Made by a program: the position numbers and the translations under genes. Under the pieces are notes generated by a model that saw only the letters and a list, made by a program, of their open reading frames with translations, was not told the origin of the DNA and searched no databases. 26,876 nt of DNA, taken from positions 1 through 26,876 of the IMG/VR virus record IMGVR_UViG_3300025684_000057. One strand, given 5' to 3'. Of this stretch, positions 25,706 through 26,876 are shown in pieces (positions within the stretch are counted from its first letter, which is position 1; each line of letters starts with the position of its first letter). This stretch comes from a virus. Lineage: Duplodnaviria > Caudoviricetes.

Positions 25706-26876
25706 AGTGTTTTTTTATCATGTTTTTATATTGTTCTACTGTAATGCCGGCATCTGCAATAATTTTATCATCCGATGGGTGGTGTTTCATACCGTTAAAT
25801 GTTTCAATGATACCTAGATCTAGCATTGCTTTCTGTCTGCCGAATGGGTGATCTTTTATGTTCGAAGAGTTCCATAGGTTATCGTAGTCCAGATGGTCAT
25901 AAGCTTCACCAGGCCGCACGTAATTCTCAACCCAACGGATATAATCACATGCAACGTCTTCTGCGTCATATGGCCTTGCACCCGTATCTCTGTTGATCTG
26001 CATCATCACCTCATCTAAGAATTCAATCTTGTTCATCTTAATAACAGGATCTGCAAGATAACTAATACATTCCACTGCATTTGTACCATAGTAGAACGGG
26101 CTATTAAGCTCAATGTATTCTGGATAGAAGTCTGCAATATCTGCCAAGAAAGCTGCGTACTGGAATCTATAAGCGTTAAGACCATTATCTTCGTTCCACT
26201 TAAACATCCATTCCCCAAGTTCTCTTAATGGAAACTTACGATTCTCTTTCTGCATCATGTCTGACATCTCTCGGACTAGTCTTGGTGCAAACTCACATAG
26301 GTAATAGTCACCGCCTTTTTTATACTGAAACTGTGTACTATAGTCTTCCATGCCTACAAAGCCACTGGCTTCGGCCTTAGGCGGTTTAGGGAACTTCGGA
26401 AACTGATACCCAACCGAAGTAAAGAATGGTTTAGGGTGTGTCTTAACAACACTACACATGTCTTCTATAGTGTCACACTCATGTAGATGAAAGAGCAATG
26501 AGTTGTGATAGCCCGAAGGCTTCTTAGCGTAGTTGATGCCACTGCCAGTTACTGCATGTAGCAAAAAGACGTAGAACCATTCTGCCATGCCAAATGTTTT
26601 TTGCTTACTGGTCCAGTTTGTAGCAACTTCTTTACGTTGTGTTGAGACGTTGTCGACTAACATTTTAGACCAGTATGGGTGATCCTCGGTCCAGCCATAG
26701 AAAACATCATTTTTAATCTGACTAAACCCCGCCAACTTACGTTCTACTACATCATATAGTTCTACGTATTCCATTAGAGTATCGTCCATTGCACTTTCCG
26801 GGTGTGGGATAGAGCCTAGGTTACATTTAGCCTGCTGGTCTTTAGCTTTCTGGTAGTAGTAGAGAAAGTCCTCGTA
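25695..26876 (-). CDS. Amino acid:DNA transferase (aGPT-Pplase family)-like protein, 5' end outside window
   Basis: Frame stays open upstream of the track's ATG to the window edge (YEDFLYYYQKAKDQQAKCNLGSIPHPESA-MDD). F-Y--F-AD...G-NA--C...AEDVACDYIRW resembles the C-terminal motifs of this family; next to a PLP enzyme and dUTPase. Confidence 0.68.
   Translation of the reverse strand, partial: YEDFLYYYQKAKDQQAKCNLGSIPHPESAMDDTLMEYVELYDVVERKLAGFSQIKNDVFYGWTEDHPYWSKMLVDNVSTQRKEVATNWTSKQKTFGMAEWFYVFLLHAVTGSGINYAKKPSGYHNSLLFHLHECDTIEDMCSVVKTHPKPFFTSVGYQFPKFPKPPKAEASGFVGMEDYSTQFQYKKGGDYYLCEFAPRLVREMSDMMQKENRKFPLRELGEWMFKWNEDNGLNAYRFQYAAFLADIADFYPEYIELNSPFYYGTNAVECISYLADPVIKMNKIEFLDEVMMQINRDTGARPYDAEDVACDYIRWVENYVRPGEAYDHLDYDNLWNSSNIKDHPFGRQKAMLDLGIIETFNGMKHHPSDDKIIADAGITVEQYKNMIKKHYGA

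Noticed and set aside
4824-26218. Short alternative-frame minus ORFs at 4824-5042, 23972-24160 and 26033-26218
   Set aside because: Fully nested in portal, polymerase and transferase genes, with no recognisable motifs.
1-26876. Stop-codon reassignment, as in some large phages
   Set aside because: Genes are full length in the standard code, and TAA, TAG (5599, 16968) and TGA (12492) all end ORFs at sensible positions.
1-26876. tRNA genes
   Set aside because: Intergenic gaps are short and none shows a cloverleaf with T-loop and D-loop consensus.

Overview
The window is part of a large T4-like (myovirus/jumbo-type) phage genome, with every credible gene on the minus strand. A-rich start contexts without Shine-Dalgarno motifs suggest a Bacteroidota host (inference). 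In transcription order (right to left): a thymidine-hypermodification module (amino acid:DNA transferase-like gene truncated by the window edge, PLP-dependent enzyme, dimeric dUTPase/dCTPase); the N-terminal half of a split family-B DNA polymerase; nrdB and nrdA; a small late gene; a probable sliding clamp; the C-terminal polymerase half; uvsX; gp41 helicase; a gp33-like protein; gp47/gp46; an HTH-AAA+ ATPase; gp15; a hypothetical protein; gp55; gp4; gp2; portal; a small core-like protein; a fused prohead protease-scaffold; and the major capsid gene (truncated). Two promoter-like motif families are visible: GATATATA (9 intergenic copies, putative late promoter) and GAAWC-N17-TATAAYAAC (3 copies before replication/transcription genes). 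The most striking non-coding signals are (i) an element after nrdA carrying an 18-nt exact match plus an 8-nt match to 23S rRNA helix 69-71 (the I-CeuI site), in antisense orientation relative to transcription, and (ii) a 21-bp terminator-like hairpin before nrdB with the late promoter motif in its loop and an alternative fold that covers the nrdB start region. All calls come from motif recognition by eye; no searches were run.
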